Assembly (NCBI RefSeq): GCF_963921235.1
Contig: NC_086097.1
Span: 234,052,001-234,116,000, forward strand
From: Mobula hypostoma
Taxonomy: Eukaryota
Direction: 5' to 3'
DNA length: 64,000 nt
Of the stretch, positions 37,625-51,200 are shown in pieces (the first letter of the stretch is position 1; every line of letters begins with the position of its first letter). The notes beneath the pieces are model-generated. The model ran no database searches. It was not told the DNA's origin and saw nothing but the letters and a program-made list of their open reading frames with translations. Both the position numbers and the translations under genes were made by a program.

Positions 37625-38080
37625 GTTGTGTTTGGGTAGCCTCTCATCTGGTGGTATGAACGTTGATTTCTCGAACTTCCAGCAATTACGCTCCACTCCT
37701 CTCTTTCACCATTCCCCATTCCTGTTCTCCTTTCTCACCTTATCTCCTTACCTGGCCATCACCTCCTCTGGTACTTCTCTACTTTATTCTATGGTCTTCT
37801 GTCCTCTCCTATCAGATTCCCTCTTCTCCTGCCCTTTATCTCTTTCACCAATCTATGTCCCAGCTCTTTACTTTACCTCACCCCTCTCACAGTTTCACCT
37901 ACCACCTTGTACTCCTTCCTCCCCTCCCCCTACCTACTTATTCTGCCTCCTTCCCCCTTTCTTTCCAGATCTGATGAAGGGTCTCGGCCCAAAACATTGA
38001 CTGTTTACTCTTTTCCGTATTCGCTGCCTGGTCTGCTGAGTTCCTCCAGCATTTTGTGTGCATTGCTTTAGATTTCCAGC
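37625..38080 (+). mobile_element. Penelope-like pLTR fragment (similar minus-strand copies ~44805-45365, 45625-46170, 47715-48275, 51695-51825)
   Basis: LGSL...GMNVDFSNF, a pyrimidine tract, CTGATGAAGGGTCTCGGCCC motif and the ...TTCCTCCAGCATTTTGTG end. Confidence 0.82.
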
Positions 38081-38683
38081 ATAGAAACCGTAGAAACTAC
38101 AGCACAGAAACAGGCCTTTTGGCCCTTCTTGGCTGTGCTGAACTATTTTCTGCCTAGTCCCACTGACCTGCACACAGACCATATCCCTCCATACACCTCC
38201 CATCCATGTATCTGTCCAATTTATTCTTAAATGTTAAAAAAGAACCCGCATTTATAACCTCATCTGGCAGCTCATTCCATACTCCCACCACTCTCTGTGT
38301 GAAGAAGCCCCCACTAATGTTCCCTTTAAACTTTCCCCCCTTCACCCTTAACCCATGTCCTCTGGGTTTTTTTCTCCCTTTGCCTCAGTGGAAAAAGCCT
38401 GCTTGCATTCGCTCTATCTATACCCATCATAATTTTATATACCTCTATCAAATCTCCCCTCATTCTTCTACGCTCCAGGGAATAAAGTCTTAACCTATTC
38501 AATCTTTCTCTGTAATTCAGTTTCTCAAGTCCCAGCAACATCCTTATAAACCTTCTCTGCACTCCTTCAACCTTATTAATATCCTTCTTGTAATTTGGTG
38601 ACCAAAACTGAACACAATACTCCAGATTCGGCCTCACCAATGCCTTATACAACCTCATCATAACATTCCAGCTCTTATACTCA

Positions 38684-39010
38684 GTCCAGAACGAGGGGTC
38701 ACAGTTTGAGGATAGAGGGGAAGCCTTTTAGGACCGAGATTAGGAAAAACTTCTTCACACAGAGAGTGGTGAATCTGTGGAATTCTCTGCCACAGCAAAC
38801 TGTTGAGGCCAGTTCATTGGCTATGTTTAAGAGGGAGTTAGATATGGCCCTTGTGGCTACAGGGGTCAGGGGGTATGGAGGGAAGGCTGGGGCGGGGTTC
38901 TGAGTTGGATGATCAGCCATGATCATAATAAATGGCGGTGCAGGCTCGAAGGGCCGAATGGCCTACTCCTGCACTTATTTTCTATGTTTCCATGTTTCTA
39001 TGTTTCTATG
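38684..39010 (+). mobile_element. Short CR1 3' end, same subfamily as 12750-13518
   Basis: RKNFFTQRVVNLWNSLP and a (CTATGTTT)n tail. It sits at a large deletion junction of the host CR1. Confidence 0.85.
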
Positions 39011-39558
39011 ATCACTGGAACCAAAGTGTTCCCCTACACACACTTCCGTCGCTTGTCCTAACTCATTTCCTAACAGGAGATCTAATATTGCATCCCCTCT
39101 AGTTGGTACCTCTATATATTGATTTAGAAAACTTTCTTGAACACATTTTACAAACTCTGAACCATCTAGTCCCCTAACAGTATGGGAGTCCCAATCAATA
39201 TGTGGAAAATTAAAATCCCCTACCACCACAACTTTGTTTGCTGCAGTTGCCTGCTATCTCTCTGCAGATTTGCTCCTCCAATTCTCGTTGACTATTGGGT
39301 GGTCTGTAATACAATCCCACTAATGTGGTCATACCTTTCCTGTCTCTCAGCTTCACCCATAAGGACTCAGTAGACAAGCCCTCTAATCTGTCCTGCCTGA
39401 GCACTGCTGTAACATTTTCCCTAACAAGCAATGCTACCCCCCCTACCTTTCATTCCTCTGCCTCTATCACATCTGAAACATCGGAACCCTGAAATATTAA
39501 GCTGACAGTCCTGCTCCTCCTGTAGCCAAGTTTCATTAATTGCTATAACGTCATAATT

Positions 39559-41409
39559 ATGCAATGAACAGGATTTGATAAGTATTCTTGAAGTAAAGGA
39601 GCCATTAGACAGTAGTGACAATAATATGACAAGTTTTTATTTGCAAGTTGAGAGGGATAAGGGCAGATCAGAAGTGTCAGTATTGCAGTTGAACAAAGGA
39701 TACTATGGAGCCATGAGGGAGGAGCTGGCCAAAGTTGACTGGTCGGATATCCTAGCAGAAAAGACAGTGGAACAACAATGGCAAATATTCTTGGGAATAA
39801 TGCACAAGGTGCAAAATCAGTTCATCCCCCGGAGAAGGAAGGATTCAAAGGGGGGAAAGTGGCCACAGTGGTTGACAAAGGAAGACAGAGATAGCATAGT
39901 ATTAAAGAAGTATAACAGAGCTAAGGTGAGTGGGAAGACGGATGATTGGGAAATTTTTAAGGAGCAACAGAACTTAACTAAAAAGGCAATACGGGGAGAA
40001 AAAATGAGGTATGAACGCAAGCTAGCTAGGAATATAAAGGAGGATACCAAAAGTTTTTTTAGGTATGTGAAGAGAAAGAAGATAGTTAAGAACAATGTTG
40101 GGCCCTTGAAGAATGAATTGGGAGAAATTGTTATGGGAAACAGAGAAATGGCAGACGAATTTAATAAGTACTTTGGATCTGTCTTCACTGGGGAACACAC
40201 AAGCAATCTCCCAGATGTATGGATGGGCCAAGGACATAGGGTAACAGAGGAACTGAAAGAGATTGACATTAGGAAGGAAACAGTGATGAGTAGACTGATG
40301 GGACTGAAGGCTAACAAATCCCTAGGTCCAGATGGTCTGCATCCTAGGGTACTAAAGGAGGTGGCTCTGGAAATTGCGGATGCATTGGTGATCATTTTCC
40401 AATGTTCCTTAGATTCAGGATCAGTTCCTGAGGATTGGCGAATGGCTAATGTTATCCCACTTTTTAAGAAAGGAGGGAGGGAGAAAACAGAGAACTATCA
40501 CCCTGTTAGCCTAACGTCAATAGTGGGGAAGATACTAGAGTCCATTATTAAAGATGAAATAGCGGCATATCTTGATAACAGTCATAGGATTGGGCCGAGC
40601 CAGCATGGATTTACCAAAACGATACATAACCACCCATTGGCTAATAGAAGGTTGCTATCTCAATTTAAAGTAAAACAAACTGCTAGCGCAAACTCTCTTC
40701 AGCGTTAAAGCACAACAAAGCTGCATTCCCCAGATTAACATAACAAAGTCGCCATTTTAAATGTAACAAAAGAAAGACCCCGTACAATTACAAAGGGAAT
40801 TGAGTACAAGAGCAAGGGAATCCTTTTGCATTTGTACAGGGCCCTGGTGAGACCACACCTGGAGTATTGTGTGCAGTTTTGGTCTCCAGGGTTAAGGAAG
40901 GACATCCTGGCTGTGGAGGAGGTGCAGCATAGGTTCACTAGGTTAATTCCTGGGATGTCCGGACTGTCTTACGCAGAGAGGTTAGAGAGACTGGGCTTGT
41001 ACACGCTGGAATTAAGGAGATTGAGGGGGGATCTGATTGAGACATATAAGATTATTAAGGGATTGGACAAGATAGAGGCAGGAAATATGTTCCATATGCT
41101 GGGAGAGTCCAGTACCAGAGGGCATGGTTTAAGAATAAGGAGTAGGTCATTTAGGACAGAGTTGAGGAGGAACTTCTCCCAGAGAGTTGTGGAGGTGTGG
41201 AACGTGCTGCCTCAGAAGGCAGTGGAGGCCAATTCTCTGGATGCTTTCAAGAAGGAGCTAGATAGGTATCTTATGGATAGGGGAATCAAGGGTTACAGGG
41301 ACAAGGCAGGAACCGGGTATTGATAGTAGATGATCAGCCATGGTCTCAGAATAGCAGTGCAGGCTCGAAGGGCCGAATGGTCTACTTCTGCACCTATTGT
41401 CTATTGTCT
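39559..41409 (+). mobile_element. CR1 ORF2 fragment with RT core deleted, nested antisense in another CR1
   Basis: ORFs 39575..40708 (KSLGPDGLHP, NYHPVSLTS, SQHGF) and 40826..41323. TSD ATAATT at 39553-39558 and 41410-41415. Confidence 0.9.
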
Positions 41410-44087
41410 ATAATTCCACATGTCAATCTATGCCCTCAGCTCGTCTGCCTTCCCCGCAATACTCCTAGCATTGAAATATATACACCTCAGGAGATTTTTA
41501 CTACCATTCACAACCTTTCTACTTGTGGGTTTGCTTGAACTTTTAACATCAATTATTTTCACCCCAGCCACCATGTCAGCTCTGGCACTCTGGTTCCCAT
41601 CCCCCTGCAAATCTAGTTTAAAGCCTCCCCTATAGCACTAACAAACCTCCCTGAAAGGATATTGATCCCCTTGTAGTTCAAGTGTAACCCGTCTCTCTTG
41701 TACAGATCCCACCTGCCCCAGAAGAGGTCCCAATGATCCTGAAATCTGAAACCCTGTCCCCTACACCAGTTCCTCAGCCTCTTGTTCATCCTCCAGAGCA
41801 TCCTATTCCTACCCTCACTGGCACGTAGCACAGGTAGCAATCCTGAGATTACCACCCTCAAGGTCCTGCTTTTCAACTTCCTACTAAGCTCCCTATACTC
41901 ACTCTCCAGGACCTCCTCACTCTTCCTTGCTATGTCATTGGTACCGATGTGCGCCACGACATCTGGCTGATCACCCTTCCACTTCAGAATGTCATGCAAG
42001 CGATCAGAGACACCCGGGAGGCAACAAACCATCCTGGATTCTCTGTGACGACCACAGTACCTCCTATCTGTACCTCTAACTATCCAGTCCCCTATCACTA
42101 CCGCTCTCCTCTTTTTCCACCCTCCCTTCTGTACTGCAGAACCAGATTCAGTGCCAGAGATCTGGCTGCTGCAGCTTGTCCCAGGTAAATCATCCCCCCC
42201 CCATCAGTATCCAATGCGATATACTTGTTGTTGAGAGGAATGGCCACAGGGGAACCCTGCTCTGCCTGCCCTTTCCTCTTCCCTTGCCTGACAGTGACCC
42301 AATTTCCTGTCCTCTGCTCCTTTGGTGTAACTACCTCCCTGTCGCTACTATCTATAATCTCCTCATTCTCCCGAATGATCCGGAGGTCATCCAGCTCCTG
42401 CTCCAGTTCCCTAACGCGGTTTGTTAGGAGCTGCAGCTGGATGCACTTCTTGCAGGTGTCGTTGTCAAGGACACCGGAGGGCTCCCTGACTTCCCACATC
42501 CTAGAAGAGGAGCATTCCAACATCCTGCCTGGCATTCTCTACTCTAATCAATCCGGACAAAAAACTTACAGGAATCTACCTACCCTGGCCTCTGCCTGTT
42601 CTTGCCGAAGCCTGTTGAGCCAAAGCCGTCCCACTCTGCTCCTGCTCACAACACTGCCCGCTCACAACGCTGCCTGCTGTATATGGTGGTCTGTTTTTAA
42701 ACCTTGATGCGCTATGTCATGCACCTGTGCAGTGCAGACCCTTCTCCCTGAGCAGTGTTTTAAAAAAAAAGTCTTTTTGCACCAGATTCCTTCACTCCCT
42801 TCTTCTCAGCTGCTTTCTTCGACTGAAACTGTAGAATTTCTCGTGTTTGATATTTTAACTTGTGCTAATCCACAAAATTTCTTCATGCCCCTGTAGTATG
42901 TGTGAGACGTTACAATATAGGTGACAGCCAACATTTTATTTTGACTATGTGTAGGACTCTGAATGTCATTCCCATGAACGTAATAATAACAAAAATCTGT
43001 TGCACTTGAGCAAACACAATGCAGGCAACATCTGTATGACAGTGCATGATTGATGCATACATAAATATTAAATATTGTATTAATATGGTGTCAGATAAAT
43101 ACCTGTCAATCAGGTATTAAAATAGTAAGACATTTCTTGACACCCAGGAGAAAAAACCATATAATCTTCGAACATCAATGTCTCCAATCTATCAATATAA
43201 AAGTGATTACATCTTGACTATACCTATCAATCACCTTTTGTACTGCAAAAAAAAATTACAGCAGTTACGGCCTACATCACCATTACTCACTTCATATTTA
43301 GTCAGCAGTCACAATACTAAACCATATCAGACTAAAGAGAGAGCCTCTGGCATTGTCATCGCCGATTCACTGCACTCTGACTACTTGCTCTTGTACCTCA
43401 ATCATATTTTATTTACTTGTGTACAAGGAGAACAGGCTGGCCACTGTCACCACACTGTTCTAAAGTCTGAATATAGAGACACAATTTTTATACAGAAATT
43501 GACTAGTTGCACACAAATATTGATCCAATAGAAGAATCCCATTATTTGCATATTTAAGTGCAAATCATTATACATATTTCAGGTGTTATTGAGCAATTAA
43601 ATCTGCATGTTAAAGACCAATAATACTTGAAATTAGTGAAATAACCATCGAATAGTTAATGTTGCCGTAGAGCTCTTTGTTTGCATCTTTATCATGTCAT
43701 GGAATCTTGGTTCCCAGGCTTGAACAGAAAGGCTGTACAAGAGTTAGCGTTTCAAGCCTGAGTGACAACACTATGTCTGCACACTGTCTCTATCAGTTTA
43801 ACACCTCGACTGTTGTCTCAGTGAGATTTCACACGGAGAAAGGCTGTACAAAGTGACTGCACTTTGTTCTGTTAGCACACCATTTTAAGCCTTGCTTTTC
43901 TGGCAATTTCCAAAGCATGCTGGAATAATGCTACACTCTCCAGTACTGAGCCTGCAACTCTGAGTTTCTGAATATATCTCTGTGGGCCTCGATTGAGCCA
44001 AGGTAAGCCATCTTCATACAGGGAGTGAATTGGAAAGTATGGGGCCACTTCTTCAATGATGCAGCTCTCTCCACACTATGCCTGTAG

Positions 44088-44777
44088 TGAAGGAGGGAGG
44101 AGAAGATGACGGTGTGACGCAGTGCGCGCGGCCTCTCCGGTGAAATGATATCGTATTTGTTAAATAGGGGCCATGCACAATCCTGATTTGATGGAGACAG
44201 ACGTGAGAAGCACGGAGGAACATCTGGAGAAACTTCTGAAATGCCCGGTTCGCCGCTGCTGCTACTGTGTGATCGAGAATCTCCAGAGGGAAGGCCCCAA
44301 ATCCTCGGCTTTGCCTGCTGCTGGCGGCCGGGGTTGGGGTTGAAGCGCTCAGCAGAGATGGTGCTCGGCGCTCAGTGTCAGAGGGCTGGTCGGAGGCTCA
44401 AAGTTTTCGGACAGACTGAGAGTTGGACTGAGGTCGGGTGCTTCCAGGATGCTGCATCGGCAAGTTTGAGGCACTGGAAGCTCATGGCAGGGAGAGTTTT
44501 CTTTCTTCTACCGTCTGCGTGAGATGTTGGGACTTTCAAGGGACTTTGAGACTTTTTTTTAAACCATGCCCATGGTATGTTCTTCTATCGAATTATGGTA
44601 TTGCTTGCACTGTTGTAACTATATGTTATAATTATGTGGTTTTTGTCAGTTTTTCAGTCTTGGTCTGTCTTGTGTTTCTGTGATATCACACTGGAGGAAC
44701 ATTGTATCATTTCTTTATGCATGCATTACTAAATGACAATAAAAAGAGGCCTGCGTGTCCTCATAATCTAATCTAAT
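44088..44777 (+). mobile_element. Non-autonomous retroposon family A copy 3
   Basis: GGAGAAGATGACGG start and CATAATCTAATCTAAT end. Confidence 0.85.
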
Positions 44778-47700
44778 ATTGAATGGAATTTGCTGTGATC
44801 TCAAACATGAGAAAATCTGCAGATGCTGGAAATCCAAAGCAACACACACAAAATGCTGGAGGAGCTCAGAAGGTCAGGCAGCATCTATGGAAATGAATAC
44901 ACAGTTGACATTTCTGGCCAAGACCCTTCATCAGGACTAGAAAGGAAGAGAAAAATCTAGAGTAAGAAAGTGAGGGGAGGGGGATGAAGAAGTACAAGGT
45001 GGTAGGTGATGGGTGAAAGGGGGAGAGAGTGAAATAAAGAGCTGGGAATTTGATTGGCAAAAGATGTAAAAGGTCGGAGAAAGGGGGATCTGATAGGAGA
45101 GGGTAGAAGACCATGGAGGAAGGGGAAGTGGGAGGTTAAGGAGATAAAGTGAGAGAGGGAAACAGGAATGGGGAATGGTGAAGGAGAGGAGGAGATGGCA
45201 ATCACCAGAAGTTTGAGAAATTTATAGTCATGTCATCAGTTTGGAGGCTACCAGATGGAATATACTTGTATACTTTATACTTTATTGTCGCCAAACAATT
45301 GATACTAGAACGTACAATCATCACAGCAATATTTGATTCTGGATATAAGGTGTTGCTCCTCCAACTTAGTCTCAGAACTTTCTGCTCTATCAACAAACAA
45401 GAGAAATACTAAAAACAGATCTGATCAATATGAATAAGGATCCAGAAGCATGTAGAAAGTAATAATTTCAATTAAGGAACATTTCTGGGAACCAGCTGTT
45501 AATTTTGCAAGATAATTCTTTATAATTTCTCTTTCATTTCTTCAGAATTTCTTTATATGCATTATTTTTATCTTTTCCATCCCTCTTTCTAACTTTAACT
45601 TTCATTCTCTTACACAGAAGGCATTCTGGAGATGCTGGAAATCCTGGCCAAATCACACAATACACTGGAGGAACTCAGCAGGTCAGGCAGTGTCACTGGA
45701 GCAGATTAAGCTGTCAACATTTGGACTGAGATCCTTCATCAGGACTGGGGAAGGAAAGAGGGAAAAGCCAGAGTAAGAAGATGGGGGAGAAAGAGAAGAA
45801 GTTACAAGCTGTCAGGTGATAGGTGAAACCAGATGATGGAAGGTAGGTGGGAGATTCTGGGAAGTGACAGGTGAAAGAGGTAAAGGGATGAAGAACAAGA
45901 AATCTGATAGGACAGGATAGAGGACAATGGAAGAAAGGGAAGGTGGAGGGGAACCAGAGGAAGATGATGGGCAGGCGAAGAAAAGAGAATGTGTAAAAGG
46001 GCAGCCAGAATTGGGGAATGGAAAAAGAGAGAAGAGGGAGTGGGAGACAGTACCAGAAGTTAGAGATATTGATAGGCATGTCATCAGGTTCGAGGCTATC
46101 TAAATGGAATATGAGGTTTTGCTCCTTCAAACTGAGTGTGACTTCATTGTGACAGAAGAGGACACCATGGGCCTCTGAATTCATTTTGCATTCTGCATAC
46201 GATTGAAAACTAATTCATGATTCCTTGTCTATGCCTTCTGTTTTGGAATCCATTATGTCACATTAAGTAGTTTTTAATCTGGTTGAACAGAATTTCTGCT
46301 GCTTGATCTTCTCACACATGCCATAAATCCCTTGGGTAAAGCACCACATTGGATCAGATGCTTCAAGACATGAAAATTTCATTCAAATATATACTCAACC
46401 TTTGTAGCCAGCTGTCAGCATCGTGAGTGCTGTTCCTTTGCTGCTGACTACAAATACCATACAATAAAATTTATGGCCCAAAACAGTGAATGTGGATTTG
46501 CTGATGTTACAACAATTCACGAAACATTATGAATAATAATCTCAGTGAGTAATTTTTTCCAGATCAATAAAACTAATTGAAAGAGAAAGAAATGTAATGA
46601 AATGTGGAGAAAGAAATGGTGTGAATTGGTTAAACTGTAGTTGGAAAAGATAAAAGAGTAAAGAAAAAAAAAAAATTAAAACAGTTAACCAGCAGAATAA
46701 GAGAACACCGTAGTCCACTTTAATAATTCGGGGGTCAATAGGTAACATTGCAGTTAGCACAGCTCCAGTGATCACTAATTGAGGTTTGACTCCCACATCT
46801 GCCTGAAAGGAGTTTGTATGTTCTCCCCGTGAACACATGGGTTTCCTCTGGGTGCTCTGATTTTCTCCCACAAATGTACAGTTAGTAAGTTGTGGGCATG
46901 CTGTGTTGGCGGCGGAAGTTGGCGCCTGCACGATTCTCAGACTGTGTAGCCATACAACGTGTTCCACTATATATTTTAATGTTTTGATGCACATATGACA
47001 AATAAAGCCAATCATTTTGTTTTGTTGGCCTTAGAGAAGAAAATGACCTACGAACTTTTGCATGTGTTTCCTCCACTTAATGCACTCCACCGATATAATC
47101 AAGCCAGGGATTAACTTTGCAAAGAAACCAGAGGACTATGGCGGCAGTAGCAACAGGATCTCCAAAAATTGAGCCGTCGTACTGGTTGCTGCAACATTAA
47201 AACTAAAAGCAGCATGGAATAGACAGAGCCAAGCAAGCACACAGACAACGTAGCAGATCAAATCTTTGCAGTCCTGCCACACTGTGTCATGCAAAGAAAA
47301 TAATTAAACAGCAAACAGGTGGAGGGGGCTCCAACACTTACACTTCCTTGTGCCAAAGTAAAGATGTAAGTATCTGTATCTATAATTCATCTGGAATATT
47401 TTAGTTGTAATAGTATAGTGTGGAACAGACCCTTTGGTTCTCAATATCTTTACTGACCATGATGCCAATCTTCATTAATCCTGTCTGCTTGCACATAGTC
47501 AATGTTGGTCCATTCCCTGCCTGTACAGGTGACTGTCCAAATACCTTTTCAACATTGAAATTGTGTCTGCTTCCACCACTTTCCCTGGCAGTGTGTTCCA
47601 GGTACATGAAAGTGTTACAGTGTGTTAAAAAGCTTTCCTCCTAAATCTCCTCTCCCCTTAAACCCACGTATTTGAGGTTTACACCCTGGGGAAATAAAAG

Positions 47701-48489
47701 ACTCTGACCACCTGCACAACACTCACAAAATGCTGGAGGAACTCAGCAGGTAAGGCAGCATCTATGGAAATGAATAAATAGTTGACAGTTCAGGCTGAGA
47801 CCCTCCTCCAGGACTGTAAAAGAAGGGGGAAGATGCCAGAATAAAGAGGAGGGAGAAGAGAGGAGGACAGCTAGAAGGTGATAGGTGAGGTAGGTGGGTT
47901 GGAAAGACAAAGGGCTGGAGAAGATGAAATCTGATAGGAGAGGCGAGTGGACCATAGGATCAAGGGAAAGAGAAGGGAACCTAGGGGGAGCTGATAGGCC
48001 GGTGAGAAGAGGTAAGATGCCAGAGTGTAGAATAGAAGAAGAGGGGAGGGCGAGGATTTTTGTTACCGGAAGGAGAAATCAATATTCATGTCATCAGGTT
48101 GGAGGCTACCCAGATAGAATATAAAGTGTTGCTCATTCATCCTGAGGGTGGCCTAATCTTGGCACAAGAGGGAGCCATGGACCAATATGTCAGAAGGGGA
48201 ATGGGAATCAGAATTAAAATGTTTGGCCAACAGGAAATTCTGCTTTTGGTGGACATAACGGAGGTGCTCATCGAAGCACATGCTCTCTATATCTGTCCGA
48301 ATTTCAGATACTTTCATCAGGTTGTCTGTCAACTTCCAATGCTCCAGACAAACAATTCAAGTTTGTTCAATGACTTATCTGTGACAGTTAAGGTCACATA
48401 ATTTACGCTTTGCCACATCAATCTCTATCCTTACAACAGAATGGAAAAGGAGAGTATTCACTCTTTGTACTGTTTCTGGAAACTTATTA

Positions 48490-49530
48490 GCCCATAAGGT
48501 CATAAGATGTAGGAGCAGAATTAGGCCATTTGGCCCATCAATTCTGCTCCGCTAATCAATCATGGCTGATCCTTTTCTTCCCTTCCTCAGCCCCACTCCC
48601 TGGCCTTCTCCACGTAACCTTTGACGCCGTGTCCAATCAAGAACATATCAAGCTCTGCATTAAGTACACCCAGCAACCTGGCCTCCACAGCAGCCTGTGG
48701 TATAAAGTCCACAAATCCACCACCCTCTGGTTAAAGAAATTTCTCCGCATCTCTGTTTTAAATGGACACTCCTCCATCCTGAGGCTGTGCCCTCTTGTCT
48801 TCGACTCCCCCACTGTGGGCAACATCCTTTCCACATCTACTCTGTCCAGTTCTTTCAACATTCGAAAGGTTTCAATGAGATCGCCTCTCATCCTTCTAAA
48901 TTCCAGTGAAGACAGACCCAGAGCTATCAGAAGTTCCTTGTACGATGACCCTTTCATTCCTGGAATCATCCTTGCGAATTTCCTGTGAACCCTCTCCAAT
49001 GTCAGCACATCTTTTCTAAGATGAGAAGTCCCAAACTGTTAACAATACTCAAGGTGAGGCCTCACCAGGGCCTTATAAAGCCTCAGCATCACATCCTTGC
49101 TCTAGTATCCTAGACCTCTTGAAATGAATGCAAACATTGTACTTGCCTTCCTCACCATTGACTCTACCTGCAAGTTAACCTTTAGGGTATTCTGCCGAAG
49201 AACTCCCAAGTCCCTTTGCATCTCTAATTTTTGGATTTTCTCCCCGGTTAGAAAATAATTGGCACATTTATTTCTTCAACCAAAGTGCATGACCATGCAT
49301 TTTCCAACATTATATGTCATTTGCCACTTTCTTGCCCATTCTCCGAAACTGTCTAAGTCCTTCTGCAGCCAGTTTCCTCAACACTACCTGCCCCTCCACC
49401 AATCTTCGTATCATCTTCAAACTTGACAACAAAGCCATCTATTTAATCAGAAGTAGTCCTAACACCAACCCCTGCAGAACACCATTAGTCACTGGCAAAC
49501 CAACCATAAAAGGATCCTTTTATTCCCACC
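48490..49530 (-). mobile_element. CR1 3' fragment
   Basis: ORF 48637..49008 has LERVHRKFARMIP...GDLIETF...NFFNQRVV. Confidence 0.85.
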
Positions 49531-50189
49531 AATCGGCCAATTTTGGTAGGTATTGAATTACACCTAGCTATGTATTACTATGCATCAGGGTTAACACATA
49601 AGCTACAAGTAAGCCCAGATGAAGTAAACCCCAGGTATTCTGCTTACTGCAACAGTCTTGAGGGATAATTTGACAGCATGCCACCTACCCAATGAATCTG
49701 CCATCCTTATTGAGATTCCAAGACCAGATGAAGTTTCTCCTCCCAAACAGCATTTCAAATGGATTATTCCTTTAATGACCCTGGTATCATCTCTTTTGTC
49801 CTTTCCAGTGACATTCTCCCTCAGAACCACAGGATTTGTCGGACCTGTTATTTTACCTCTTTGTTTCCCAGCATCCAGGGACCCAAATATCTTTTTTCAG
49901 ATGAAACACCTATTCTGTTGTCCTCCTTCAAATCTAGTGTATGTGATAATGACACGATTGTCTCCTGCACACTGGAGAAACCAAAGAGAAATTGGGTGAC
50001 TTCTTTACAGAACACCAGTGCTCAGAGCATAGGGAAGTCCTGTTATATTAACCCTCCATCTCACCACCACTGTTGTTCTGTAGCTGAAGTTGTAATGTAA
50101 CTGGAGGAACACTACTTCATCATCTGCATCAATCTGGACTCAGTGCTGGATTCTCTTTCTTCAAGAACTTCACCTCCTCTACCTCACCT

Positions 50190-51200
50190 ACGTGGAGGTT
50201 GGTGACCAGTGCTGTACCACAGGGATCTGTTCTGAGACCCTGCCTCTTTGTGATTTTTATAAGTGACCTGGATGAAGGAGTAGAAAGATGGGTTAGTAAG
50301 TTTCTGATGACACAAAGGTTGGGGGTGTTGTGGATAGTCTGGAGGGTTGTCAGGGGTCACAGTGCAACATTGATAGGATGCAGAACTCGGCTGAGAAGTG
50401 GCAGATGGACTTCAATCCAGATAAGTGTGAAGTGTTTCATTTAGGTAGGTCAAATTCGAAGACAGAATATAGCATTAATGGTAAGACTCTTGGCAGGGTG
50501 GAGGATCAGAGAGATCTGGGGGTCCGTGTCCATAGGACCCTGAAAGCCGCTGCTCAGGTTGACTGTGTCATTAAGAAGACGTATGGTGTGTGAGATTGAG
50601 TCCAAGGGCCATGAGGAAATGTTACAGCTATATAAGACCTTGGTCAGACCCCACTTGGAGTACTGTGTTCAGCTCGGTCACCTCACTACGTGAAGGATGT
50701 GGATAGAAAGTGTGCAGAGGAGATTTACAAGGATGTTGCCTGGATTGGAGCACATGCCTTATGAGAATAGGGTGAGAGAACTTGGCCTTTTCTCCTTGGA
50801 GTGACAGAGGATGAGAGGTGACCAGATAGAGGTGTATAAGATGATGAGAGGCATTGATTGGGTGGATATCCAGACGCATTTTCCCAGAGCTGAAATGGCT
50901 AACATGAGGAGGAAAAGTTTTAAGGTGCTTAGAGGTAATTACAGAGGGGATATCAGGGGTAAGTTTTTACACAGAGAGTGGTGGGTGCATGGAATGCACT
51001 GCCAGCCACAGTGTTGGAGGCAGATACAATATTGTCTTTTAAGAGACTCTTAGATAAGTACATGGAGCTGAGGGAAATAGAGGGCTATGTGGCAGGGAAA
51101 TTCTTTGATAGTTTCTGGAGTAGGTTACATGATCAGCACAATATTGTGGGCCGAAGGGCCTGTAATGTGCTGTAGATTTCTATGTTCTATTTTTTATGTT
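50190..51200 (+). mobile_element. CR1 3' fragment
   Basis: [17 protein letters not shown] and RGDQIEVYKMM, ending in a TTCTATG tail. Confidence 0.88.

Larger units (their letters stand above)
38080..42830 (-). mobile_element. Internally deleted CR1 retaining 5' UTR, ORF1 (Cys-rich/zipper + SGNH esterase) and EN, with plus-strand CR1 inserts
   Basis: ORF 42098..42535 has CKKCIQLQLL..RVRELEQEL. ORF 41613..42098 has IGDWIVRG, HIGTND and DGLHLN. EN motifs at 38975..39621. C-terminus at 38326..38661. Confidence 0.9.

Noticed and set aside
39575..40708. 377-aa ORF, the longest in the window
   Set aside because: It is a CR1 ORF2 segment lacking most of EN and the RT core, and it ends in foreign filler. 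It is not a functional gene.
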